A DNA stretch of 64,000 bases, taken from an uncultured Chitinophaga sp. Its GTDB lineage: Bacteria; Bacteroidota; Bacteroidia; UKL13-3. Under the pieces are notes generated by a model. It had not been told where the DNA came from, made no database searches, and saw nothing but the letters and a program-made list of their open reading frames with translations. The stretch's first letter is position 1. Every line of letters starts with the position of its first letter. Made by a program: the position numbers and the translations under genes. This document shows, one piece after another, positions 28,975 through 38,143 of the stretch. The stretch is from contig CAYHCF010000008.1 in the NCBI GenBank assembly GCA_964355075.1, forward strand, positions 4,795-68,794, in the 5' to 3' direction.

Positions 28975-29841
28975 ATGAGAGGAACCGGAGTTGCCTTGGT
29001 TACACCCTTTAAAAAGGATTTAACCATTGATTTCAATGCACTGTCGAACATCATTGAACACTGCATAGGTGGTGGTGTTGAATACTTAGTTGCCCTTGGA
29101 ACAACAGGTGAAAGCGTCACCCTGGATAAAGATGAAAAAAAACAAGTTTTTCAATTCATCAGTGAACAGGCAAAATGCCGGGTTCCGGTAGTAGCCGGTA
29201 TTGGAGGAAATGATACGCGTGAGGTTTGCCAAACCATCAAAGGCTTTAATTTCGATCGTTTTGATGCCATTCTTTCGGTAAGTCCTTTTTATAACAAACC
29301 CAATCAGGAAGGTATCTTTCAACACTATATGGAAATTGAGAAATTAGCTCCGGTTCCCATCATTTTGTACAACGTTCCGGGTCGCACAGGTAGCAATATG
29401 AGCGCAGCTACCACTTTACGTCTTGCCAATGCCAGCAATAAATTTGCCGCCATAAAAGAAGCCAGTGGAAATCCGGAACAATTCATGGACCTGCTCAATG
29501 AAAAACCGGCCGATTTTGATATTATTTCGGGTGATGATAATTTAACCCTGCCCTTTCTTGCAATGGGTATGAGTGGGGTAATATCCGTTATTGGTCAGGC
29601 CTATCCAAAATTATTTACCAGCATGATCCGTTTGGGTTTAGATGGCAAATTTGAAGAAGCCCGTCAGTTGCATTATAAATTATACAATATCATGAAAGGG
29701 ATCTTTTTGGATGGAAATCCGGGAGGCGTAAAATTTGTGATGAAGCAATTGGGATTATGCGAAAATATTGTTCGCTTGCCTTTGGCTCCCGTAAATAAAG
29801 CCACCGAAGAAAAATTGGTTGAATGCATGAATGCTCTTTAG
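28975..29841 (+). CDS. dapA: 4-hydroxy-tetrahydrodipicolinate synthase
   Basis: ALVTPF, GTTGES, ILYNVPGRTG, IKEASG and SGDD motifs. Confidence 0.96.
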   Translation: MRGTGVALVTPFKKDLTIDFNALSNIIEHCIGGGVEYLVALGTTGESVTLDKDEKKQVFQFISEQAKCRVPVVAGIGGNDTREVCQTIKGFNFDRFDAILSVSPFYNKPNQEGIFQHYMEIEKLAPVPIILYNVPGRTGSNMSAATTLRLANASNKFAAIKEASGNPEQFMDLLNEKPADFDIISGDDNLTLPFLAMGMSGVISVIGQAYPKLFTSMIRLGLDGKFEEARQLHYKLYNIMKGIFLDGNPGGVKFVMKQLGLCENIVRLPLAPVNKATEEKLVECMNAL

Positions 29842-29848
29842 ACGTCCA

Positions 29849-32107
29849 TTAGTTATTTATCAGTTTTTTCATACAAGTATTATTTGTTCCACTTTCTACT
29901 ATTTTGAGAAGATAAGAACCTGCCATTAGGTAACTCAGGTCAATGGTAAATATTTGAGTTCCACTCAATACAGCTTTTTCCTCATATTTAATCTGACCCA
30001 ACATATCATATATACTAAAAGTGTTTTCACTCGAATTTGTGCATACAATCCAGATGTTGACGATTTGAGAAAATGGATTCGGATAAACACTAATAATCCG
30101 CCAGTTATTATTGGTTTTGACCTGAATGGTTTTTGAATAAGCTGAGTTGCCATCAAAATCAATTTGTTTTAAGCGGTAATAAATTATTTCGGGCAAACCA
30201 TCTTTCATCAGGTGATGGAATTCATAATAGCTGATACTTGACTTATTTCCACAGGCGCTCACCCTTCCTGCTTCCGTAAATGTTGTTGCGTCAGTGCTGT
30301 ATTCGATTACAAATTCTTTGCTGTTTATTTCCTGTGCGGTATGCCAATTTAGTTTTACTTCATTCCAGTTCTCGGCAATGCCGGTCAAACATAGCCATTT
30401 CACAGGTGTTGCAGCTGAATACAAAGGAGAACCACTGATTAATAACGAAAAAGTTTGAGGAGATGGTGCTAAGGTGCCTTTGTGTTTTATTTTGATCCGA
30501 TACCTCCCTGTACTTAATGAAGATAAATAAATCTGCTCAACATTATCCCGCTTATTATCCCCGGCGATTGCAGTTGCTGTTGGATTGGCAGGATTCAATA
30601 CAAAGGGATAACCCAGTACAGTTCCGGATAAATTTAGCAGACGCAGATCCAGGTCGTTAACCAATTTACACGTTGTATCGTTATAAACCGGGGCAGAGGT
30701 AATTCCTTTTGGATCCGTCCAGCATAAGGTAATTCTTAAGGTATCACCGCTGGTGACATATACATCGGTTGAAAACGAATCATTATTGATTAATTGCTGT
30801 TCGATAAGGGTATTATGAAATGAATCCTGAATACACAGAATGGCTTTGGGCATATTAGGCAATCCCCAGCCACATTCATAATCGGGTCCGGGAACACTTT
30901 TACAACGGTTTGCAGTATGTATGGCCAAGCCTTTCAAAGTTGCATTTCTCATGTACCGACCTTTCAACTGAAAGAAATATTGCTGCAACAATAACAGCGA
31001 GCCGGTAACATTAGGAGCAGAAATGGAAGTTCCACCCAGACTTGCATAAGCCGAATCATTGGCAATTCCGGTAGAAAGAATGGATCCACTGGCAGCCACC
31101 AGATCCGGTTTAATCCTGCCATCATCACTCGGACCCCAGCTACTGTATGATAATAAACTGATGGAGGATGGACCGGTATAGCCATTGGGCATTACCTGAA
31201 TGGCACCTACCGTAAGGATATTTTTAGCATTTCCAAAGGTTGAAATACAATCATAAGGACCCACCGTATCGCGTGTGGTATTGGTGAGTGCCCATGCAGT
31301 TCCATTCCAATAATAATGGGTGCTTCCCGGTGCAACTCCACTCCCTCTGTCATTTCCGGCCGCTTTTACCATCAGGTAATATGGGTTTTGAACCATTACA
31401 CTGTCCCATATCCGGCTTCGGTTGTCATAATATCCGAACTTCCAGTCTTTAACCATATGAATAGAGGTATCGCCATACCAATATAGACTTGAACCTATGG
31501 TTTGCCAGGCGGTTGTTGACGCATAAGAATGGTTAGAAAGAAACAAATTGGGTGCGGCACCGATAATTTCTGCATTGTCGTTTGTGAAATTCCAGTTCCG
31601 TAATTGAGTCTGATAACTCATTCCTCTCACATTTGGGTTCAAACCCGTGGCTATAAGATTTCCTGCAACAGCCATGGTATGTCCGCTCATCGCACTGGGT
31701 GTATCCATAACCGTAACTCTTCCTGCAAGTTCGAAATGGGTTCCCAATACTGAACCTCCATCCCAAAGCGCTAATTTATTCATACCCGCTCCACTTAAAG
31801 TTAAACCCAATGAACCTCCTGACCAAAGCTGCTGTGTTCCTATGGTTTTGGCGGCGTCTAAGTTATTACAGGTACATAAAAATTGGGGCATTCCGTTAAA
31901 ACCAAATCCATCGAAAGTACATTCTTTGCCATCCTTGGTTTCAAACAAAGCCGGAATTTGAGGATCAGTATTTTGATAATTTACCCATTGCTGTTTAAAA
32001 ATAGAATCCTGAGTCGGATCCACTCGGTATAAAAAAGAAGCCTTTTGCGCTGAGAGTTTCAGGACACAAAAGGCCGGTAGAATCATTGCCAAACAAATGG
32101 CCCGCAT
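29849..32107 (-). CDS. S8 subtilisin-like serine peptidase with T9SS type A CTD
   Basis: Catalytic D (LWDGG), H (SGHTMAVAG), oxyanion AAGND, S (GGTSISAP); LVNDLDL..DNVEQ domain; VYPNP CTD. Confidence 0.92.
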   Translation of the reverse strand: MRAICLAMILPAFCVLKLSAQKASFLYRVDPTQDSIFKQQWVNYQNTDPQIPALFETKDGKECTFDGFGFNGMPQFLCTCNNLDAAKTIGTQQLWSGGSLGLTLSGAGMNKLALWDGGSVLGTHFELAGRVTVMDTPSAMSGHTMAVAGNLIATGLNPNVRGMSYQTQLRNWNFTNDNAEIIGAAPNLFLSNHSYASTTAWQTIGSSLYWYGDTSIHMVKDWKFGYYDNRSRIWDSVMVQNPYYLMVKAAGNDRGSGVAPGSTHYYWNGTAWALTNTTRDTVGPYDCISTFGNAKNILTVGAIQVMPNGYTGPSSISLLSYSSWGPSDDGRIKPDLVAASGSILSTGIANDSAYASLGGTSISAPNVTGSLLLLQQYFFQLKGRYMRNATLKGLAIHTANRCKSVPGPDYECGWGLPNMPKAILCIQDSFHNTLIEQQLINNDSFSTDVYVTSGDTLRITLCWTDPKGITSAPVYNDTTCKLVNDLDLRLLNLSGTVLGYPFVLNPANPTATAIAGDNKRDNVEQIYLSSLSTGRYRIKIKHKGTLAPSPQTFSLLISGSPLYSAATPVKWLCLTGIAENWNEVKLNWHTAQEINSKEFVIEYSTDATTFTEAGRVSACGNKSSISYYEFHHLMKDGLPEIIYYRLKQIDFDGNSAYSKTIQVKTNNNWRIISVYPNPFSQIVNIWIVCTNSSENTFSIYDMLGQIKYEEKAVLSGTQIFTIDLSYLMAGSYLLKIVESGTNNTCMKKLINN

Positions 32108-32610
32108 TATTTTTTACCTACAAGCGTTTTGATCTTTTCCTCTAAAGCAAATTCATCCCCTTCAACATATCCGCTATGTTGGTACACAACCTGTCCTTTC
32201 TGATCCAACAAAAAAGTATGGGGAATCTGAACAATGTTTAAAGCCCTTTGCAGATCCTGGTTCACATCCATAATAATTTCATACTCCCAACCCTGACCAT
32301 CCACATAAGGCTTTACTTTTTGAACATTACGCGCATTATCGGTGCATACAGCCACCAATTGCAAATCGTATTTATTCTTCCAATCATCATACACATCATT
32401 CATATTATTTAGTTCCTTTTTACAGGGAGAACACCAGGTTGCCCAAAAACTCACAATGGTAATCTTACCGCTTTTCGAATAATCATTCATGTTTTTTGCT
32501 TTGCCATTCATGTCTTTCAATATCATGGAAGGCATTGTTTGAACTTCCTTCTGTGCATAAGAATTTACACTCAGCATACCAATTATGAATCCTAAAAATA
32601 ATTTTTTCAT
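32107..32610 (-). CDS. TlpA-family thiol-disulfide oxidoreductase
   Basis: Signal peptide, SFWATWCSPC, IP motif; TAATG overlap with the S8 gene. Confidence 0.9.
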   Translation of the reverse strand: MKKLFLGFIIGMLSVNSYAQKEVQTMPSMILKDMNGKAKNMNDYSKSGKITIVSFWATWCSPCKKELNNMNDVYDDWKNKYDLQLVAVCTDNARNVQKVKPYVDGQGWEYEIIMDVNQDLQRALNIVQIPHTFLLDQKGQVVYQHSGYVEGDEFALEEKIKTLVGKK

Positions 32611-32876
32611 TTTGATTCTCCTGTTTATATTTAATGATAGAAAGCCTCCCGTTCAAATCCTGTTATTGAGTTACAGCAGCAATTTTCCATTTCTAAGACG
32701 GTGCCAATTTACACATTTTATTCATCAACAAAACTCCTGCCAATTTTTTTTTACTTTTTTGGGTACAGAAGTAATATCTTGTGAAATGAAATAAACTTAG
32801 GCTCTATGTGATTTACAGTGGGTAAATAATTTGGTTTCACAATTATAAATAGATATAGCATTATTATTTTTACCCT

Positions 32877-32971
32877 TTCTCGCAGATTTGAGAGATTAAA
32901 TGACAGATTTACGCAGATAAAATATTTAAATAATCTGCGAAATCTGCTTAAATCACTGTAATCTGCGAGAA
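32877..32971. repeat. Palindromic REP-like element with CGCAGATT/AATCTGCG units
   Basis: Perfect 12-bp outer inverted repeat TTCTCGCAGATT / AATCTGCGAGAA, with inner CAGAT/ATCTG repeats around an AT-rich spacer. Confidence 0.85.
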
Positions 32972-33073
32972 CGGGAACATTTTTTAAAACATAACTACTT
33001 AGGCAACGTAAGCAGATATTCATCCACTATATTTCAAAAAGAGCCTAAATTTACAACAAAAAGCTTGGATCAA

Positions 33074-33688
33074 ATGAATATGAATACACCTGATAAGGAT
33101 AATAACAGCAAGAAATTAATAACCGGGCTGATTTTATGTGGCGGTGAAAGCAAAAGAATGGGAGAACCCAAAGCCCTACTCAAATACCATGTGATTGAGC
33201 AATATCTTTTTGTCTTTAATTTAATAAAACCATATTGTGAACAGGTTTTCATTTCCTGCAAATCCTTTCAGAGCCATTGGTTCAGTCAATCCATCCCCCA
33301 ATTACACGATGATCCTGAATATACTGAACTGGGGCCAATAGGCGCCATATTAAAGGCCATTAAATTAAATAAGGAAACAGCATATTTATTGATGGGATGT
33401 GATTATCCTTTAATAGAAAAAGAAGATATCCAACTTTTGGTTGACACCTATTATTCTGCCAATAAAAGTTGCTGTTTATACAATCCTGAAACCAATATGG
33501 AGGAACCTTTATTAGCCATTTACCACCCCAATGACTTCGATGATTTACTGAAATATTACCAAACGCATCAAAAATCCCTGCGCTTTTTCCTTCAACAAAA
33601 ATCCGCCATAAAAATTATTCCGGCACAACTATCGAGTATCAGAAGTTTTGATACCCGTGAAGATTTTGAAAACTGGAAGATTACTTAA
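33074..33688 (+). CDS. mobA: MobA-like NTP transferase (molybdenum cofactor guanylyltransferase family)
   Basis: GLILCGGESKRMG.PKALL, GPIGAI, GCDYP, EPLLAIY and DT.EDF motifs; ATG 33074 or 33080 preferred over TTG 33065. Confidence 0.82.
   Translation: MNMNTPDKDNNSKKLITGLILCGGESKRMGEPKALLKYHVIEQYLFVFNLIKPYCEQVFISCKSFQSHWFSQSIPQLHDDPEYTELGPIGAILKAIKLNKETAYLLMGCDYPLIEKEDIQLLVDTYYSANKSCCLYNPETNMEEPLLAIYHPNDFDDLLKYYQTHQKSLRFFLQQKSAIKIIPAQLSSIRSFDTREDFENWKIT
33500..33688 (+). repeat. Direct repeat copy 1 (3' end of mobA)
   Basis: 33509-33655 equals 34544-34690 at 146/147 nt; offset 1,035 bp. Confidence 0.97.
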
Positions 33689-33848
33689 CTCCGGCTTTGC
33701 ATACGAAAATCAACAATTAAGTACACCCACTATCATTTTATGGTTTGTAATGGTCTGAGCCAACTTGCACATTCTTATGTTAAATGGAGCCGCCAATTTA
33801 ATGGAAGGAAGCCAGTTGGCGGTTGCTTCGAAACTTATTTTCAGGCAA

Positions 33849-34001
33849 TTAGGCGTTCTCTTTCATCTGTTCTGAAAGCCGGTATTTTTTTCGGATTTGC
33901 TCTAGGCGTCTGTGTCTCAATGCAGGGTTTTTCTCATATTCCTTTTGTAACTTTTCCCTAATGGATCGCATTTCTTTTACCGCATCAAATTCTTTTTCCA
34001 T
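33849..34001 (-). CDS. 50-aa small basic helical protein, putative antitoxin/partner of the PIN gene (absent from the ORF track)
   Basis: Hand translation MEKEFDAVKEMRSIREKLQKEYEKNPALRHRRLEQIRKKYRLSEQMKENA*; starts 7 nt after the PIN stop. Confidence 0.75.
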   Translation of the reverse strand: MEKEFDAVKEMRSIREKLQKEYEKNPALRHRRLEQIRKKYRLSEQMKENA

Positions 34002-34008
34002 GGTCAGT

Positions 34009-34461
34009 CTATTTTAAAATTTCTCTTGGGTTACGAATTTCAAGCACTGGATAACCGTTCATCAGATTTACAGCATTGTATTTTCTGATTCGGTCAAGGT
34101 TCACAATGTGTTTAAAGTTCCAACTTACCAAAACATCTACCTTGTTAACAGTTGCAATTGCAATATGTAAAGCATCTTCATGCGATTTTTTAGTAATCGC
34201 TTTTTCTTTTATGTATTTGTCAGCAAGCTCTTCCGTTTGATAGTCATTCAAAATGTATTCTTTATAAGAGTTTGGTATTGAGTTAAGATGATTGCGTACA
34301 GCTGGTCTGGAAAACGAAAGTTCATCAAGTGTTATGTCCGATATTACTGCAATTTTGTTACCGTTCCTAAATTCGTCAAATAATTTGTCAGACCACTCTT
34401 TGAACTCTATGTCAAAGCAACCACCAACTACCGAAGTGTCTATATAAATTCGTTGTTTCAT
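34009..34461 (-). CDS. PIN domain (VapC-like) ribonuclease toxin
   Basis: IYIDTSVVGG, TLDEL, DALHIAIAT and LVSWNFKHIVN motifs; ATG 34461 preferred over TTG 34482. Confidence 0.9.
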   Translation of the reverse strand: MKQRIYIDTSVVGGCFDIEFKEWSDKLFDEFRNGNKIAVISDITLDELSFSRPAVRNHLNSIPNSYKEYILNDYQTEELADKYIKEKAITKKSHEDALHIAIATVNKVDVLVSWNFKHIVNLDRIRKYNAVNLMNGYPVLEIRNPREILK

Positions 34462-34479
34462 TGTCAATTTATCTGTAAA

Positions 34480-34487
34480 CAAATATA
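34480..34487 (-). promoter_or_regulatory. Bacteroidota -7 promoter box TATATTTG for the PIN operon
   Basis: CAAATATA on the plus strand, 18 nt upstream of ATG 34461. Confidence 0.6.
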
Positions 34488-34534
34488 TGATTTTTTTAGA
34501 AATTTATTTAATTCGTGGTGGCATTTTTTGCCGA

Positions 34535-34732
34535 CAGGAGCCCTTATTAGCCATTTACCACCCCAATGACTTCGATGATTTACTAAAATATTACCAAACG
34601 CATCAAAAATCCCTGCGCTTTTTCCTTCAACAAAAATCCGCCATAAAAATTATTCCGGCACAACTATCGAGTATCAGAAGTTTTGATACCAAAGATGATT
34701 TTGATAATTGGGAAAATAATACCCTTACTTGA
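34535..34732 (+). pseudogene. Orphan duplicate of the mobA 3' end (direct repeat copy 2)
   Basis: Encodes QEPLLAIY...SFDTKDDFDNWENNTLT* with no mobA 5' part; overlaps the stop of the M43 gene. Confidence 0.92.
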
Positions 34733-36134
34733 TGAATATTTTTCGGACCCAACTTTTTTCTCCGCTTGCCAGTTGAATCGTATAAACCCCCGGTTCAGCA
34801 ATGAGAAAACCGGTTTGACCAGTTGACGAAACCTTGGTTCGAAAAATAAGCTGACCCAATGAATTATATACAAACAAATCTCCTGCAAAACTGCCATGTA
34901 ACTGTATCGTTTCATTTGCATTTACAGGGTTCGGGAAAATATTTACTTCCTCATTTATGTTTATTTCATTTACACCGTCTGCTAACTCGTAGGTAATAAA
35001 AGTATCAGGGATTCCAAATGAGGAGCATGGATTTGCAGCCGTTATCGTTTTTATGCGCCAGGCATAGGGCCAGTTTCCATATAATTCTACCAGCGCGGTG
35101 GTATCAAAAACAAGCTTATCTATATTTAAATAATCCCAGTCACCAAACCTCGCTACCTGCAAATAGTAGCAAAATGCACCCGGTACCGCATTCCATTTAA
35201 GCTGCACACTTTTAGCATTTTGATTGCTATCGCTATGAACCGGTGAAATTAATTTTGGTGGCGGCAGCATATTAAGCTCTGCACTCGTTTTGGCATATCC
35301 TCTTCCCTGCAAATTGTTTTGCATGGCGGCCATTTGCTCATTGCTGAACCTACTCTGACAACCGTCCATGGCATAATTCATATAAATGGAACTATCCGGT
35401 TTAAATGGAGTTCCTAAAGGATCGTACAAAGTCCAGGGTAAAGGACAGGACCACCTCATGGAAACATAATCGGCTTTGGTATCGCAAAAACCATCTCCTG
35501 CTGAACGGCAATTATTTCCATTCAACAATTCAATATTTGAGGTGCCCGGTGTTGTATTATTTTCCCAACCACTAAAGGTATGTGGCAAGCTTAAGAAATG
35601 CCCAAGTTCATGGGTAAGAGTCGTTGCGTTACTACCCTGGCAGGAATTTTTAATAAACACCACATCCACACCCGGAAAATAAACCCCGCACCATTGCGCT
35701 CCTGCCCCGTGAAAAAACACATTCACCGCTCCTGCCATTTTATAATTGGCGGCATAAGTCCAGATGGCATCACTACTTCCCTGATACAAGGCATCATCGT
35801 TAATATAATCAATGCTGTCGGCTAAGTAAAAACGAAAACCAGTTGGAAGATAATCCACATTGATATCACAAATTGCCCGTAACAAACTGCCTACCGAATA
35901 ATAACCAATGCCCTTACTATTTCCAACAATATGTGCTTTTATTGGAATATACTGAATCGGGTTTTTCTTAAAAAGTGAGGGTAAATGATCTAACTTTTGC
36001 TGAAATAGGTGAAGTTCTTTCATTTGTTCTTCACTCATAATGGTAGCACAGCCGTTATTCTGACCTCTTGCCAAAACAGTTAACAGACCAAACAAGAAGA
36101 CAATTGTATGTTTCAGCATTTTGGTATCAAACAT
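34725..36134 (-). CDS. M43 (pappalysin/ulilysin-like) zinc metalloprotease with T9SS type A CTD
   Basis: HELGHFLSLPHTF zinc motif, GDGFCDT, YMNY Met-turn, IFPNP...GVY CTD. Confidence 0.9.
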   Translation of the reverse strand: MFDTKMLKHTIVFLFGLLTVLARGQNNGCATIMSEEQMKELHLFQQKLDHLPSLFKKNPIQYIPIKAHIVGNSKGIGYYSVGSLLRAICDINVDYLPTGFRFYLADSIDYINDDALYQGSSDAIWTYAANYKMAGAVNVFFHGAGAQWCGVYFPGVDVVFIKNSCQGSNATTLTHELGHFLSLPHTFSGWENNTTPGTSNIELLNGNNCRSAGDGFCDTKADYVSMRWSCPLPWTLYDPLGTPFKPDSSIYMNYAMDGCQSRFSNEQMAAMQNNLQGRGYAKTSAELNMLPPPKLISPVHSDSNQNAKSVQLKWNAVPGAFCYYLQVARFGDWDYLNIDKLVFDTTALVELYGNWPYAWRIKTITAANPCSSFGIPDTFITYELADGVNEININEEVNIFPNPVNANETIQLHGSFAGDLFVYNSLGQLIFRTKVSSTGQTGFLIAEPGVYTIQLASGEKSWVRKIFIK

Positions 36135-36190
36135 AGAATATTATTGTAAATAAATGATATTAATTACCTTTTTTATAAGTTGTTGTTTAA

Positions 36191-36198
36191 TACATTTG
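36191..36198 (+). promoter_or_regulatory. Bacteroidota -7 promoter box TACATTTG
   Basis: Upstream of the ATG at 36218. Confidence 0.55.
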
Positions 36199-36217
36199 CC
36201 CAGCAATTTTTAATAAA

Positions 36218-37102
36218 ATGAAGAACATAACCATTATAGGATCAGGTACCATGGGCAACGGAGTAGCTCATGTGTTTGCCCAAAACAATTTCAAAGTAAA
36301 TTTAATTGATGTAAGTGAAGCGCAATTAAAAAAAGCCCTCGAAACCATCGGGAAAAATTTAGACCGGCAACTTGCAAAAGGCGCTATCAGTGAAGCCGAT
36401 AAAAGCAATACGCTTGCTAATATTACCACCTTCACCAATTTAAAAGAGGCCTGTGCAAATGCCGATCTGATTGTGGAAGCAGCCAGCGAAAACATCAATA
36501 TCAAACTTGATATTTTCAAACAGATTGATGAATATGCCCCGGCACAGTGTATTCTGGCATCAAATACATCTTCCATTTCCATTACCAAAATTGCCAGTGT
36601 AACCAAGCGTCCCGAGCAGGTTATCGGTATGCATTTTATGAACCCGGTTCCGGTAATGAAATTAGTTGAGGTTATTAATGGTTACAAAACCTCAAAAGAG
36701 GTGAGTGAAGCCGTTGTTAATTTAGCAAAGGCAATCGGTAAAATTCCGGCCATTGCCAATGATTACGCAGGTTTTATTGCCAATCGTATATTAATGCCCA
36801 TGATCAATGAAGCTATTTTGTGCCTGCAACAAGGTGTTGGAACGGTTGAATCTATTGATACGGTAATGAAATTAGGCATGGCCCATCCAATGGGACCGCT
36901 GCAATTGGCCGATTTTATTGGTTTAGACGTTTGCCTGGCCATTATGAACGTTTTATATGAGGGTTTGGGTGATCCAAAATATGCGCCAAGTCCGCTATTG
37001 GTAAATATGGTAACTGCCGGAATATTAGGTGTAAAATCGGGTGAAGGATTTTATGTGTATACGCCCGGTTCGAAAGAATTAGTGGTAAGCCCGAGATTTT
37101 AA
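36218..37102 (+). CDS. hbd: 3-hydroxybutyryl-CoA dehydrogenase
   Basis: GSGTMGNG, VEAASE, ASNTSSISIT, GMHFMNPVPVMKLVE and HPMGPL motifs. Confidence 0.92.
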   Translation: MKNITIIGSGTMGNGVAHVFAQNNFKVNLIDVSEAQLKKALETIGKNLDRQLAKGAISEADKSNTLANITTFTNLKEACANADLIVEAASENINIKLDIFKQIDEYAPAQCILASNTSSISITKIASVTKRPEQVIGMHFMNPVPVMKLVEVINGYKTSKEVSEAVVNLAKAIGKIPAIANDYAGFIANRILMPMINEAILCLQQGVGTVESIDTVMKLGMAHPMGPLQLADFIGLDVCLAIMNVLYEGLGDPKYAPSPLLVNMVTAGILGVKSGEGFYVYTPGSKELVVSPRF

Positions 37103-37186
37103 AGCTCTTTTCGATATACGAAACCTGATAGCTATTGGGACGGGATTTTTTTTAATTGAACCCTAAGTTCTTATCTTTACCCGTTC

Positions 37187-38143
37187 ATGCAGCCCGGAAC
37201 CGATATACCTTTAGCTAAATCATTTCTTCAAAAAGGAGAATTGGTTGCCATACCTACCGAAACCGTATACGGATTGGCTGCCAATGCATTTGATGGCAAT
37301 GCCGTTTCCAAAATCTATGAAGTAAAGAAAAGACCTCAATTTAATCCGCTGATTATTCATACCAACAGCCTGGAAAAACTCAAAAACTGGGGAATTGAAT
37401 TGCCGGATCAGGCCTTAATGCTGGCAAAACATTTTTCCCCGGGACCTATTACATATGTCGTAAAAAAATCAAAATACATACCGGATATTGTTACAGCCGG
37501 GCAGGATTCTGTGGCTGTACGCATTCCAAATCATCCCCTGACCTTACAATTGCTGGAACAATTAGATTTCCCGCTTGCCGCACCCAGTGCGAATCCTTCA
37601 GGCTTTATCAGTCCCACCACGGCCCAACATGTATATGAACAATTAGGTTCAGTGATCCCTTATATTTTGGATGGGGGTCCTTGTGAAATCGGATTGGAAT
37701 CAACTATTATTTCTTTTTTGGAACAGGAACCCAAATTGTTACGGATTGGCGGTTTGGCAATAGACGACATCGAACAAATTTTAGGTTCAGCCCTTGATAA
37801 AACTAGTCTGATAAACAATCATGATCCATTAGCTCCGGGCATGTTGAGCAAACATTACGCCCCAAACAAAAAAACAGTGGTTGGCAAGGTATCAGATTAT
37901 CTTTCACAATATACTTCGAATGAAATTGCTGCCATCCATTTTGATAAACCCGATGAATATTTAGCACTTGGTAATCAATTTATTTTATCTCCAAAAAGTC
38001 AATTACCGGAGGCTGCTCAAAAACTCTTTTCCGCTTTGCGTGAAGCAGATAAAATGAAGGTGCAACTCATTGTAGTTGATGAATTTCCCAATGAAGGTCT
38101 AGGCTTGGCCATTAACGACCGGATCAAAAGAGCCAGCGCCTAA
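37187..38143 (+). CDS. L-threonylcarbamoyladenylate synthase (Sua5 type)
   Basis: PTETVYGLAANA, KKRPQFNPLI, AAPSAN, GLESTI, APGM..KHY and C-terminal Sua5 domain. Confidence 0.95.
   Translation: MQPGTDIPLAKSFLQKGELVAIPTETVYGLAANAFDGNAVSKIYEVKKRPQFNPLIIHTNSLEKLKNWGIELPDQALMLAKHFSPGPITYVVKKSKYIPDIVTAGQDSVAVRIPNHPLTLQLLEQLDFPLAAPSANPSGFISPTTAQHVYEQLGSVIPYILDGGPCEIGLESTIISFLEQEPKLLRIGGLAIDDIEQILGSALDKTSLINNHDPLAPGMLSKHYAPNKKTVVGKVSDYLSQYTSNEIAAIHFDKPDEYLALGNQFILSPKSQLPEAAQKLFSALREADKMKVQLIVVDEFPNEGLGLAINDRIKRASA

Noticed and set aside
32585-33023. Short ORFs of 69 and 90 aa in the tlpA-mobA spacer
   Set aside because: Low-complexity AT-rich frames overlapping the tlpA start or the palindromic element; no family features.
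33740-33961. 73-aa plus-strand ORF
   Set aside because: It is antisense to the better-supported 50-aa PIN partner and has no recognisable motifs.
33500-34732. mobA repeat pair as a DGR template/variable repeat
   Set aside because: Some differences fit adenine mutagenesis (CTA>CTG, AAA>CGT) but others do not (CCC/CCT, AAT/AAC, and GAT/GAA in the opposite direction). There is no reverse transcriptase and MobA is not a lectin-type target.
34487-34732. 81-aa ORF as a real gene
   Set aside because: It is the orphan mobA tail with a chance 16-codon leader overlapping the PIN promoter region; it lacks the MobA N-terminal motifs.
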